Assembly (NCBI GenBank): GCA_951406725.2
Contig: OX597821.1
Coordinates: 72,230,001 to 72,294,000, forward strand
From: Octopus vulgaris
Lineage: Eukaryota
DNA length: 64,000 nt
Reading direction: 5' to 3'
In this document: one piece after another, positions 1-12,083 of the stretch
How positions within the stretch are numbered: the stretch's first letter is position 1
Layout: each line of letters starts with the position of its first letter
Translations under genes and position numbers: made by a program
Notes under the pieces: model-generated
Told to the model about the DNA's origin: nothing
Database searches by the model: none
Seen by the model: the letters and a program-made list of their open reading frames with translations, nothing else

Positions 1-1257
1 ACATTGAATACCTCAAAACCTACATTTTGTTTTTCTTTGTCTTCTTCCGATTGAAAAGTAAAAACCATAATTAATAAGAACTTAACGAAACAAGAAAGAA
101 TGGTTAATAGTTCCATGCTGATTGAAGTGGAATTGGTCGTTATGTTATGGAGCAGATATTTTAGGGGTGTCCTTTCATTAGCAATTAAGGGGGTGGAGAC
201 TCTTTCTCTCTAAAACCCTCTCACAGTTCTGGCATTGTGTGCTTGAGTAGAAAGTGTTATTCATCACAAAATTAATGAAAATTTTAGAAATAAAATAAAT
301 AAACTCACATCATAATATAGTTAATGACACAAATCCTGATACCCAGCTGCTAAAGTGTATCCTAATCATTGCAGACCTATCCAACCTACATCAACAAACA
401 ATTATAGACAGATTCTTTTCACACAGAAAATGGCAAAAAAATGCAGACATGATTTGATATTAGACAGGAATAACAAACGTCATCAACTGACAAAATATAA
501 TTCACAAACGAGAACGGTTAAATGGTTTTACAGTCTCCAAAAGTTTGTCACTTTTCAACATCAAATCAAAAATCAAAATGATTTTTCATTATCCTTGTTT
601 TATAATTCAGTTGTGATAAATTCTGACAAAGAATGGCAAATCAAAGACCTCCAAATGAAGATCTTTTTTTAAGGTTCCAAGAAAATAATCCAATCCTTCT
701 GAAATATTCCGAAATATCTCTTTGTATAATTCACATTAAAACTGATTCCATAGAAAACATTTTTTATCACATTTTCATTTCCCCACCTCCACCTCCTCTT
801 CACATCCAAGTTTGTTCCACTTCCAGTTATAGAAATTACAGCTTTCTTTCAAAACAAAAGCTGCCTTCTGTCATTTTTTTTTGGCCTTTTTAATTTAATT
901 TTTTTTTTTAAATATCATACAGACAGGTAAAAAGATGGAAAATGAGCTGAAAGATGACAGAAAGATAGTGAAATGTTGGACACAATGAATTGGTTCTTCT
1001 CTCAAAATAAAATTCAAAGACATAAAAATGGAAGCCAAGCTGGATTCAAGCCAATATTCTGAAGAGGAACATGCCCGGCCTCATCATATAACAATCAATA
1101 TCTAATGCTGTTGCTATTTCATTTTCTGTATTTACCTATCACAGGTGTGACTAGAAAACTTGTTCTCGTTAAATATTCAAGTTATCATTTAAACAGACTC
1201 TCATTGTTACCAATACAATATTTGATAATGAAGCTTCTACCATTATAATTTATAGTA

Positions 1258-1492
1258 ATAATTGTCTGCTAGAGGCACAAGGCCTGAAATTAGGGTGGAC
1301 TGGGGAGGGGGGGTAGCTGATTACATCACCACCCCATGCTCAACTGGTACATATTTTAGTGACTACAGGTAGGGATGAAAGGTAAAGTTGAGCTCAGTAA
1401 CATTTGAACACAGAGTTTGAAAGCCAGAGAGAATGCTGCTAAGCTCTATTGTTTCCAGCATTCCAACCATCCTGTCAGTTCACGCCACCCCT
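1258..1492 (-). mobile_element. Degenerate tRNA-derived SINE (reverse orientation); copies at ~17065, ~32945, ~53530
   Basis: Reverse-complement match to the SINE at 12798 (GGCACAAGGCCTGAAAT, ACTGGTAC, GATGAAAGGTAAAGTTGA, ATTTGAAC). Boundaries approximate. Confidence 0.7.
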
Positions 1493-3069
1493 TATAATTT
1501 ATAGAATAACGGGATTCTTGCTTCAATATACAAACAGAGATGCTTCAACAGAATGAATTTTCTTTTTAAAAGAAGAGAAACTGTTGTCAACCAAGGCTTT
1601 GAAATAATTTTAATTTATCCAAGCTATATCTCACGAGTATTCTCAAAGATGGAACGATGGTAAAATGGCCTCCCTAGACTTTAAAGATTGAGAAAGTAGA
1701 GCAAAGCCCAGTTCACTTTCAGCACACACATGTAAATGGGTGCATGCTCACACAATACAATGCTCAGCATTTAAACAGGTCATACCAGGCTCAAATATTC
1801 CACTTGTTTTCCTGTTCAAATTGGCCAGATCCAGCCTCTCACGTCTATCCTACAATGCCATTCTAAAAATAAACAATCACATCATCGAAATCTAAAAGCT
1901 AAGAGATAATGCAGGATTAATTCAAAACAATATGAACTGATAAACATTACATTTGACCGCGGAATCTGAAATGCTAAAGGGTTTATCATAAATTCAGTGA
2001 ACAGAGATTTCTTTAGGGTTCATAGATTGGTACCATTTCAGACACATTTGAGAGAGAAAGAGTAAATAAATAATTAGGAATAAACAATACTTGTGACAAT
2101 GAGAAAAGAGATTTGGTCAGTGTTACATCGTTAACAGACATTCGTTAGAGCAGTCTAACATCAATGCTCACTCACCTTAGTGCACGAGTGCCGAGTTTTC
2201 CCTCAACATATTGGTGACAAACTAGAGAATGCTTCTATGCTTTTTAATAATTCTTTAATTAAACAGGTTGAAGGAGTAATGCAAAAATTTCTTCAATTTT
2301 TTTCTTTCAATCTGCCATGTCTGATTAGAACCACTCAGTTTCACTTGATGGATTTTCACATTTCTTGCAATCAACTTTTAATCTTTCAAAAGCTGACCAG
2401 ATTTAGGAGCAAAGATAAGAAAATAAAACCTATATTCCAATGAATATCAATAGTTTTAGTAAAACGTGAAGGATTTCTTTTTTCTTGTTAGTCTTTTGTC
2501 TAATTTTTTTTATACTTTCTCTAGTTATTTTTTTTTTATTATTTATGGCAACTTTTAGCCTTTCAAGGAAGAAATTCAGTTTTGCACACAATAAAAGACA
2601 CTGTTAGCTTTTCATGGAATGAAATAAAAATATTTTATTATAACATAACAAAAAGAAAAAAAGGAACACATTGTTATGGAAGAAAAAAAAACATGGAAAG
2701 AAATTTAGCTTAAGTTCACACACACACACACACACTCTGTAAATGCATACATACACACATATATATATAGATATGTACATATGTGATTACATACACACAC
2801 ACGCGCGCATACATAGCCACACATATATACATGGAAACATTGAGATGACATAACTTTTCAAGAAAATTGAAAAGTCTATTAACAAAGTGTAATAATAATA
2901 ATAATAATAATAATAGCTTTAACATATAAAAATGAGATTGTTGAAATCTAGATCCCACACAGAAATAAATTATTAAAAAAACCACAATTATCTTATAGTG
3001 AAGGAGAAAATCAATGTTTCTGTAACAGCAAAAAAAGCAACCTAAGAAAAAAAATAAATAAAACAACTA

Positions 3070-4500
3070 ATATTGGCAGAAAGCCAAAAAGTTTGGGGGA
3101 GGCAGGGTCAATTAGATTGATCCCAAAACATAACTGGTATTTTTATTCCTATTGACTCAAGAGAGACAAAAGTGAAAGATGACCCTTGGGGAGGGGACAC
3201 AAAATATAAACTAAATACCACAAGGCATCCCATCATAATAATCCTTTCTATAATAGGTACAAGGCCTGAAAATTTGCAGGAAGGGGGATAGTCAATTACA
3301 TCGACCCCAGTGCATGACTGGTACTTATTTCATCAATTCTGAAAGGATTAAAAGTAAAATCAAACTTGACAGAATTTGAATGCCACTAAGCATTTTGTCC
3401 AATAACGATTCTGACAGCTCACCACCTTATTAACGGTTCCTAAGACAGGCACAAGGCTAGAGATTTATGAAAAGGGAGTTCATTGATTAAATCCTTGCCC
3501 TCAGTACTCGACCGTTTCATAATATTATAAAAGCTTGGAATGGTGAAAGGCAAAGTCAACACTTGGAGAAAAGTAAGAGGTCAGAACAACAACTGCAAGA
3601 CATTTGGCCCATTGCTCTGTTGATTCTACCAATCTGCCACCAGAAATTTGGTAGGAGCAAACTGTCATTTATATCATCTAACCCAGCGTATGACTGGTAT
3701 GTTAGTTTATCAGCTCCAGAAGAATAACACAAAGCTTACCATAGCAACACTTGAACTCCGAATCAGAGCCAGAACGAATACTGCAAAGCAATTGTCCAAC
3801 AATTCTGATAATCAACCAGTTAAGAAGAAGAAGAAGAAGAAGAAGAAGATCCCTAACTTTACCACAAGGACCAACAATTTGCAAGAGGGTCCAACGAATT
3901 TAACAGATCCTCCAGTGCTTCACTGGTCCCTATTTTATTGATTCCAGACAGATGGATGGTAAGGAAGTCTTTGGCAAGGTTTCAATTCAGAGATTTAGCT
4001 AGCCACCAGGAATCTTGTGAAGTACTCTGATTCTGCCATCAATAATAATAATAATGGTACTAAGTTTTAGCAGAAGGCCAGTAGTTTGATGGGAGGGGCT
4101 AAGTCAATTACATCGACCCCTGGTGTTCAACTGGTACTTATTTTATTGACCCCGAATGGATGAAGGGCAAAGTCAGCCCTGGCAGCATTTGAACTCAGAA
4201 CAGAGAGTTTGAAGAAACACTGCCAAGCGTGATGTCCGGCATGGAATCGATTCTGCCAGCTTGCTGCCTAAACAAGGAGGAGAATAATAATAATAATCCT
4301 TTCTTCTAAAGGCACAAGGCCTGAAATTGGGGGGGGGCTAGTCAATTACATTGACCCCAGTGTTTCACTGGTCCTTAATTCATTGACCCCACAAAACAAT
4401 GAAAGGCAAAGTCAACCCTGGTGAAATTTGAACTCAGAAATTTGAAGACAGACAAAATGCCACTAAGCATGGTAACAAATCTGCCAGCTTGCTGCCTAAA
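3070..4500 (-). mobile_element. Cluster of several degenerate reverse-orientation SINEs separated by (AAT)n tails; repeated in the other passenger segments
   Basis: Recurring blocks AGGCACAAGGCCTGAAA / GTCAATTACATCGACCCCAGT / ACTGGTACTTATTT / GAAAGGCAAAGTCAAC / ATTTGAACTCAGAA / GATTCTGCCAGC at ~3240, ~3440, ~4060 and ~4295. Confidence 0.75.
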
Positions 4501-5005
4501 CAAGAAGAAGAGGAGAATAATAATAAAAATAACAAGAAAAATTTCTTTACATGTAATTCACCAAAAACAGTTTCCGTGAAGTTGTTTTTTTTTTTGTTTT
4601 TATGATTCTTTTTTTTTTTTTCATTTCTTTCATTTCTTTTTTAATTTAGATTCCACCCTCGTCTTCAAGAAAGGGGATGCGTTTTGAATTGTCGTATTTT
4701 GGCTGTTATTTCGAGCAGAGGAAGAACCGCGTAACGGCTTCCTTGTTCCCGATTTTTATAATTGTTTCAGCCGACGATCGAATAGCAATCGGAATCGACA
4801 AGTTTCATCACAACAGGTGATTCGTAAATACAATACTTACTTCCCTTGGTAAACAACTAAGTAATTATACTTTTTGCTGCATGAGTTGTTTCCCTTGAAC
4901 TATAATATTTTTTTTCTCTTAATCTCTTTCTTTTGTTTTTTATTTTCCTGATCTTACCTATCAATTTACTACAAATAGATTACAATTTCAGTATTTTCAA
5001 ACCTG

Positions 5006-5392
5006 AAGGCGGCGAGTCGGCAGAACCGGGAGAAATGGTTAGTGGTATTTCGTCTGCGGTTACGTTCTGAGTTCAAATTCCGCCGAGGTCGACTTTACCT
5101 TTCATCCTTTCGGGGTCGATAAATTAAGTACCAGTTATGCACTGGAGTCGATATAATCGACTTAATCCGTTTGTCTGTTCTTGTTTGTCCTCTCTGTGTT
5201 TAGCCCCTTGTGGGTAGTAAAGAAATAAGTATTTCATTTGTCTTTACGTTCTGAGTTCAAATTACGAAGTCGACTTTGCCTTTCATCCTTTCGGAGTCAA
5301 TAAATTAAGTACCAGTTGCGTACTGGAGTCGATCTAATCGACTGCCCCGCCTCCCTAAAAATATCGGGCCTTGTGCCTAGAGTGGAAAAGGA
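5006..5392 (+). mobile_element. tRNA-derived SINE with duplicated internal module, flanked by a 14-bp target-site duplication
   Basis: A-box-like GGCGGCGAGTCGGCAGA; B-box GAGTTCAAATTCC; central CTTTCATCCTTTCGG..GTC.ATAAATTAAGTACCAGT present twice; TSD TATTTTCAAACCTG at 4992-5005 and 5393-5406. Confidence 0.9.
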
Positions 5393-5756
5393 TATTTTCA
5401 AACCTGTATTGTAATATTTAGGGTGTTTCTGTGATCAGTTTATTGGAACACATAAGAAGCCGCTTGTCGAAACTACAGAAATTATGAAAAGCTGGGAACT
5501 TTTTTCAGTATATTGGTTAATAAACGGAACGAGAGACGATGACAACGAGAGGGATTTTTACGTCGCTGGATCCCTTAAACTAGGATCCAAAATCCCCTCA
5601 AAACACGGATTCTAATAATAGAAACGGACATGTTGGACCTCCACAAGGGCAAATATAAGGTAAATTCACGGATAGATTGCCTTCGAATATAGGTATTCAA
5701 TTACGGTTGACTCGAGAAGAGAAACACCAAACAGCATAAAAGATATAAACCAATAC

Positions 5757-5822
<66 letters not shown>

Positions 5823-5864
5823 TAATGATGATGATAATGATAATGATAATGATGATGATGATGA
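5757..5864. repeat. (AAT)n/(GAT)n microsatellite; copy at ~21555-21662
   Basis: Direct reading of the sequence. Confidence 0.95.
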
Positions 5865-5954
5865 TTTGACCTGTTCTGCAGTGTGTCCAACAATCGACCT
5901 CCCCACCAAGCAAGCACGATGGGATTGCCAGTTTAGTCGCCGACCACACGAGAC

Positions 5955-6040
5955 TTACATACATACACACATACTTACATACATACATAAATACCACACG
6001 AGACATACATACATACATACATACATACATACATACATAC

Positions 6041-6071
<31 letters not shown>

Positions 6072-6942
6072 TACATACATACATACACACACACATACAG
6101 ACATGCACATACACCACGCATACACACACATACATACACACACACACATACATACAAAACAATACAATACATACATGCATACATACATACACACATACAT
6201 ACACACACACATACATAAATACATACATACATACAGACAGACAGACTGACATGCACATACACCACACATACACACACACATGCATACATACACAAAAATA
6301 CATACATACACACAAATACATACACACACACATACATACATACAAACACACGCACACATACATACATACATACAAACGTACATACATACAAACACACGCG
6401 CACACACACATACATACATACATACATACATACACACACATACATACATACATACAAACACGCGCACACACATATATACATACATACACACGAACACACA
6501 CATATACATACATACATACGCACACACTCACATACATACATACACACATACATACATACATACATACACACACACGCACATACATACATACATACAAACA
6601 AACGCACACACACATACATAAATACATACAAGCACACGCACACACTCACATACATACATACATACGCACGCACGCACACACATACATACATATATACATA
6701 CAAACACACGCACACATACACACTTACATACATACATACATACATACAAGCACACGCGCATACACCCATACATACATACATACGCACGCACACACATACA
6801 TACATACATACAAGCACACATACATACATATACACATACATACATACATACATACACCAACACACACATACATACATACATACATACACACGCATACATA
6901 CACACACATACATACATACACACATACATACACACATACATA
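5955..6942. repeat. ~1-kb compound (CATA)n/(CA)n microsatellite
   Basis: Direct reading; explains the MYVC/HTYI ORFs in the ORF track. Confidence 0.97.
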
Positions 6943-7235
6943 CCTTTGAGCATCCAAAACAGATCACTCTAAACAACATTGCATGGGACACAAATAAGCA
7001 TTTTATAGATTGGCGTAAAATGGTGTGGAATTACGTGACGCGATTTCTTTATTCCAAAAAACACATTTTTAAAGAAAGTCTACATTTCTAAAGTATGTTT
7101 TGAAACCTTTATTTTAATTACTTTTTTCTTAAAATAAGGTCAAATATGACCAAATGCACAGCAAAGGGCAGGTAACGATCTGCAGGAGTTATTTCCCTTG
7201 AATCGCTGCCCGCTCACAAACGTGTACCTCTTCTT

Positions 7236-7388
7236 GTGTGTGTGTGTGGTGTGTATGTGTGTGGTGTGTGTGTGTGGTGTGTGTGTGTGTGGTGTGTGTG
7301 TGTGTGTGTGGTGTGTGGTGTGTGTGTGTGTGTGTGTGGGGGGTGCGTATGTGTGTGTGTGTTCGTGTGTGTGTGTGTGCCTGTGTGT
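7236..7388. repeat. (TG)n compound microsatellite; copies at ~23090, ~36398, ~45135
   Basis: Direct reading of the sequence. Confidence 0.95.
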
Positions 7389-7979
7389 CACTGATGCAGG
7401 ATGACTTTAAGATGTGTAATTTTCCTGGATAATTTCAATTATCACTGAATTTCATTTTAAATTTCATGCTTCAGGATTACAGAAAAATAATCCTTTTCCC
7501 CCGAATTTCTTCACAACGTGACGCGTGTTTACAATGGAAACATTACTAAAAGTTACATATTATTATTAATACTAAAAGTAACGAGAGTTGGTGAGTTTGA
7601 AAACACATAGTGATAGAAAAATGTACTGAATGTAATTCATATTTTCTGATTCAGACCTAGAAGCCATCAAGTCGTTTAGCTTGGCAAATAAGATCACAAC
7701 ATATGCCCTGAACGAGTCACCGGTTCGTGGAAGGGTTGAGGGCCAGCAGCGATTTTGAGGAGACAGGGGACAAAGCGACTACACCATTGGAAAGCAATTC
7801 TCTGGTATTTTATTCATCACAAAATGGTAAAAACCAAAGCTGACCCGACGGGACATTCAGCTCAGAAGATAATGTGCCGGAATATGAGGCCATTTAACAT
7901 TTTGTCCGACATGCTAACGATGCTTTCAGCACGTCGCCTTACTTAAGTACAATGCGATTAACCAAGTTTTCCCGAAGTT

Positions 7980-7999
7980 GTAGTAGTAGTAGTAGTAGC

Positions 8000-8052
<53 letters not shown>

Positions 8053-8440
8053 AGAATCTTTAATATGCCGGACTAAGTGCATAGCGGTATTTCGTCTGCC
8101 GTTACGTTTGGAAGTTCAAATTCCGCCGAGGTCGACTTTGCCTTTCATCCTTTCGGCGTCGATAAATTAAGGACCAGTTACGCACTGGGGTCGATGTAAT
8201 CGACTTAATCCGTTTGTCTGTCCTTGTTTGTCCCCTCTGTGTTTAGTCTCTTGTGGGTAGTAAAGAAATAGGTATTTCGTCTGCCGCTACGTTCTCAGTT
8301 CAAATTCCCCCGAGGTCGACTTTTCCGTTCATCCTTTCGGAGTCGATGAAGTACTAGTTACATACTGGGGTCGATGTGATCGAATGCCTCCCCCTCCCCA
8401 ATATTTTCTGGCCTTGTGCCTATTGAGGAAAGGATTATTA
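7980..8440 (+). mobile_element. (AGT)n tract followed by a two-module SINE of the same family as 5006-5392; copies at ~23806-24236, ~37004-37426, ~45740-46140
   Basis: GCGGTATTTCGTCTGCCGTTACGTT..GTTCAAATTCCGCCGAGGTCGACTTTGCCTTTCATCCTTTCGG present twice, ending GGCCTTGTGCCTATTGAGGAAAGGATTATTATT. The (AGT)n tract is ~70 bp here and ~10 bp in the last copy. Confidence 0.85.
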
Positions 8441-10400
8441 TTGTAATTATTATTTTGGTTTTGGCTCACGTTCGGTCATATTCCTGACAGGAATTATGTG
8501 GTTAGCGGGTTACTACCTCTAACCTTAGGGATACACAAGTTTTCACCAATCTTCCAAGTGCTTAGAACCCTCATGACAATCCTTCCTGTCCATAAGAGAC
8601 AAACTTTTGTAAGAGCATTACAGGGCTTTCTACTCCTGATGAACAATCGAAAGAGTATCAAGCGAAATGGACGCTGACATATAGTTATGTTCTGCGTTCA
8701 AATACGTCAAGGCCCATATTTGCCGTTCATCCTTGTAATGCTGAAATGCATAAATAGTAGGGCTGTTTTACTAGAAATTATCATTAATATTAATTAGAGC
8801 AACAGAATACAATAATAGCCCCTCGTGGACATCACAAGACAATCGCCCTCGATTGAGCCTTATGTGCTATTTTCTACACATAAGAAATAGAAAACCAAAC
8901 AAGACCAGTCAGACACCAGACATCACACAATATTTCGTCTAAAATTCCATTGTCATCTAAAAAGGCAATAGCCAATCGTCCCTCGGCAGCTCAAAGCCTC
9001 CCGTCTTACAAATAAAACCAGACATTGTATAGTCCAATCCCAGCTGCATTCTGCTAGGTCGTCGTACCTGGAAAGCCTTTGACCATTCAACAACTACATC
9101 AGAGTATCCTGACGCTTCGCAACGACACATTCGATAATACAGTTTCCATTTGCAACATACTTTTTATGGATCTTTTCACTCACAAATTTCATTTCGTTTA
9201 ATTTTCGTCCAATTCATTGCAATTTCTGTATATTGATGTACGTTTTCTATGCTAATTATAGAAACGAAATTCCTTTTCGCCATAAAAAAAATAAATATAA
9301 TGTTAATAGCATTTAAAATTTGTAAATTTTGAGTAATTTTAGCCAATCGAAAACCACAAACCAATCGGTGCCAGTTTCCATGGTAACAAGTCGAGGTAGT
9401 GTCTGCTTTCCAAGCAATTCTACTTTACACGTCTGTTGTTGTCCTGTCACCACCTCACTCACCATTCGGCCTTTTTATATTCTTTACATGCCTCTTATAA
9501 CATTTCGCATGATTTCATTTATTATGACACGTAGGGAGACGGTCTCTCATAAATCTGTAGAGATTATATTCAAAAGTAAAACTTATTAAAACTTCTGTCG
9601 ACGTCGTCGTAATGTTTTGTCTAACGTTGTCGTGTTGCTATGCACAGCTACCACGCAGAAAATGCCAGCTTTTCAAATCCTACTTCATTATTCGATGAAA
9701 ATAATCAACCTTTAAGCCTCTGTAACATGCTTCTCAAGTTTTTCTGCAACAATTGAATAACAACACCAAATTCAGTGTGAGAAATTTCATTAATATACCA
9801 AGTTTGAAAATTTTCAGACAATTTTAAAATATCAGTAACTGTGAACCACACAGAAAAGATGCATTTTTATAAGTTCTCCTGGTTCTTTTTCACAATAAAA
9901 GTGGTTTTCATTAAAAGCGATTCATCACATGCGTAGCTGTGAGTCTTTCTCTGTGTGTTTGTGTACAAAGTCGTGGTTACGTCGTTTACATAAACATCTT
10001 TTTTATAGTTGTTTATTTATGTTGGAAAAGCAAACAGATTTCAACGATATGTATTTTTGTTTGTATGAAGCAAAATACGAAGCAGATATATTTTAAGTTA
10101 TTTTTATTTTTATACTTAAACGGCAAATCCCTATATGTTATGCGTGACAAAGTGATGTTAAACATTTAAATAAAAATTTTTAGCAGTTAATAATTCGATA
10201 TTCAGAAAAAGGTTTAATATACATGTTAAAATACAAATATAACAAAATTAATGAAAGTATAATTTTAAAATATTTTATAAATCTGTTCTGCTTTTGCTAA
10301 TATAGATGTGGTGAGCTTCAATTTATAAATTTCTATTTTCTATGAATTCAATTAAAAGACTATTTTACTTGAAGGTGAGTTTACACTCCATCGGCGTTTA

Positions 10401-10513
10401 TGACGCATCTTTAATTAGGCTAGATTCCCGGGATCCACTTCCGCTCACCCCTTTCGGCAGGCGACACCTGTTGGGGTATATATAAGAAAGAGGGTCCGTG
10501 ACAGGGGACAGTG
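10401..10513 (+). promoter_or_regulatory. Core promoter of cyclin T-like copy 1: TATA box plus initiator, with upstream CRE-like, TAATTA, ETS and E-box motifs
   Basis: TATATAAG at 10479-10486 in a GC-rich island; CAGT with A at 10510, 31 nt after the TATA start; TGACGCA 10401, TAATTA 10412, ACTTCCG 10437, CACCTG 10465. There is no ATG between 10510 and the start at 10664. Confidence 0.75.
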
Positions 10514-10663
10514 AAGTTTTTGCTTCCGCTTCGCCAACACACACTGACCACGAAAGCAATTTTTCCAACCGAATTCTCCAAGAAAATACTGATTTCAGAC
10601 ACCAAACAGCCGAAACTTTATCGATTAACTGAAAAAGAGATAAAGAACGAAATTTATTTTTAA

Positions 10664-11590
10664 ATGGATCAAATGGCAAATACTGAGAATTCTTTACAGG
10701 TGGAAATTGCTGATAATCAACAAACTAATGAAACTCCGATTAATGATTTACCTGAAAGCTCCAATGGAAATGCGCCACGAAAAACAGACTGGAATTTCAG
10801 CGAAGAACAAATTGTTGAGATTTTCAAGCGAAAATATCAACCTGATAACTTTACCTATGAAAACGAATTACTTTATCGTCAGAAAACAGGTATGTTTATG
10901 TTATACATTAACCGACGATTGATGTTAAGCGAATATATACTAAACATTGCCGTAGTTTATATGCACCGATTCTATATGTATAACTCCTTCCACCAGTTTA
11001 GTTATAAACTCATGGGACCCGTGTGTTTGTTTTTCGCTGCTAAATTCGATGATAAATTGCTTGCTGTTGAGCAAGTGATTGTCGAAAGTCAAACATATTT
11101 CCAACAATATCTACATTTAGAAAAAAACAAAACTACCATTAATCGGATAGCCAATGACTTTTTCCTTTATGAAGAAGCCCTTTTAGTTTGTTTAAACTTC
11201 GATTTTCGCATTACTCTACCCCAATCTCATATTATCAAAGTATGTAACATAATCAAAATCGAAGATAAATTAGTGAAAATAATTAACCAGTTTGCTACAT
11301 GCTGTCTGATTTTAACGAAGTTCTCTCTCAAATATACAGCAAAAACTATCGCATCTATATGTATACATTTGTTTATTGAATGGGGTAACTGGAAGATTCC
11401 GTTGTCTTCCCAACATAATCCATGGCATTTTTATATGGACACTTCTCTCAATGAACAATTATTGGATGAATTAGTGGTTGATTTCCTTGAGGTACTTCAC
11501 AACACAGACAAAGATTTCAAGAAACAGTTTCCCTTTTTAAACAAATCCGTGTCGCCAAGTACCACGGACAAGGCGCTGAAAACTGACTAA
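10664..11590 (+). CDS. Intronless cyclin T-like protein, 308 aa, cyclin box (two folds) only; copy 1
   Basis: Motifs match recalled cyclin T1: WNFSEEQI (WYFTREQL), ELLYRQ (ELSYRQ), NIAVVYMHRFYM (NTAIVYMHRFYM), LFFAAKFDD (LFLAAKVEE), LTKFSLKYT (LTTFSLQYT), CIHL..EWGNWKIP (CIHLACKWSNWEIP), LLDELVVDFLEVL (LLDELTHEFLQIL). Confidence 0.93.
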   Translation: MDQMANTENSLQVEIADNQQTNETPINDLPESSNGNAPRKTDWNFSEEQIVEIFKRKYQPDNFTYENELLYRQKTGMFMLYINRRLMLSEYILNIAVVYMHRFYMYNSFHQFSYKLMGPVCLFFAAKFDDKLLAVEQVIVESQTYFQQYLHLEKNKTTINRIANDFFLYEEALLVCLNFDFRITLPQSHIIKVCNIIKIEDKLVKIINQFATCCLILTKFSLKYTAKTIASICIHLFIEWGNWKIPLSSQHNPWHFYMDTSLNEQLLDELVVDFLEVLHNTDKDFKKQFPFLNKSVSPSTTDKALKTD

Positions 11591-12083
11591 CATATTTCTA
11601 CACTCTATAGAAATTACACAGAAAACCTAACAAATGATAATAGTGAGCGAAGTCCATACTCTTTCCTACATAGTACAGTAAGAATTGAACTTATTCTCTA
11701 TGGCTGTGCATATGTAACACAACCTGCTGCTACATTCAGGTGTGTTTTAATGTATATAAAATGTAAATAGACATCAATTTCTCACTGTTCTTTATTGCGA
11801 CAGTTCACATGTATTTTATTCATATTAACTTTACACAGTTGAACATGGAAACATTTCTCTTTAATTCGCAATGTTCTACACTCACATTCCTCTACATAAA
11901 AACACTATATCATCTCGATCGACGTCTCATTCATTTTTATTATATTTCATCTATTTTTATACGACTCTTAATTTGCTAATTATTTCCATATAAATCGTGA
12001 GTTTTTTACTTTTATTTTTAACCATTCAGATTTACAACTAACATTTCATTACATTTAATTTGTCATAAACTTTTGTATTATAG

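Noticed and set aside
355-3941. Short ORFs 'conserved' four times (MYPNHCRP..., MANQRPPN..., MHECRVFP..., MVGANCHL...)
   Set aside because: Recurrence reflects recent segmental duplication; several have non-ATG starts and are frameshifted or truncated in some copies; no recognisable domains.
5697-7432. Long ORFs of MYVC/HTYI type (up to 446 aa; also 21469-22944, 35455-36111, 42908-44956)
   Set aside because: Translations of CATA/CA/TG/AAT microsatellites, which lack stops in most frames; lengths and frames differ between copies.
8630-8658. CTGATGA...GAAA hammerhead-like text
   Set aside because: No stem II or III can form, and the other three copies read CAAATGA or CAGATGA; it lies next to a decayed SINE-like segment.
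10707-10922. 71-aa alternative-frame ORF inside the cyclin CDS, and antisense ORFs over the promoter (10398-10679)
   Set aside because: Non-ATG starts, short, and expected by chance alongside a real CDS or GC-rich promoter.
10664-11590. Assignment to cyclin K, L, C or H, or use of the symbol CCNT1/CCNT2
   Set aside because: The second-fold motifs (FSLxYT, CIHL, WxNWxIP, LLDEL) are cyclin T-like, but the gene is a diverged paralogue, so no orthologue symbol is given.
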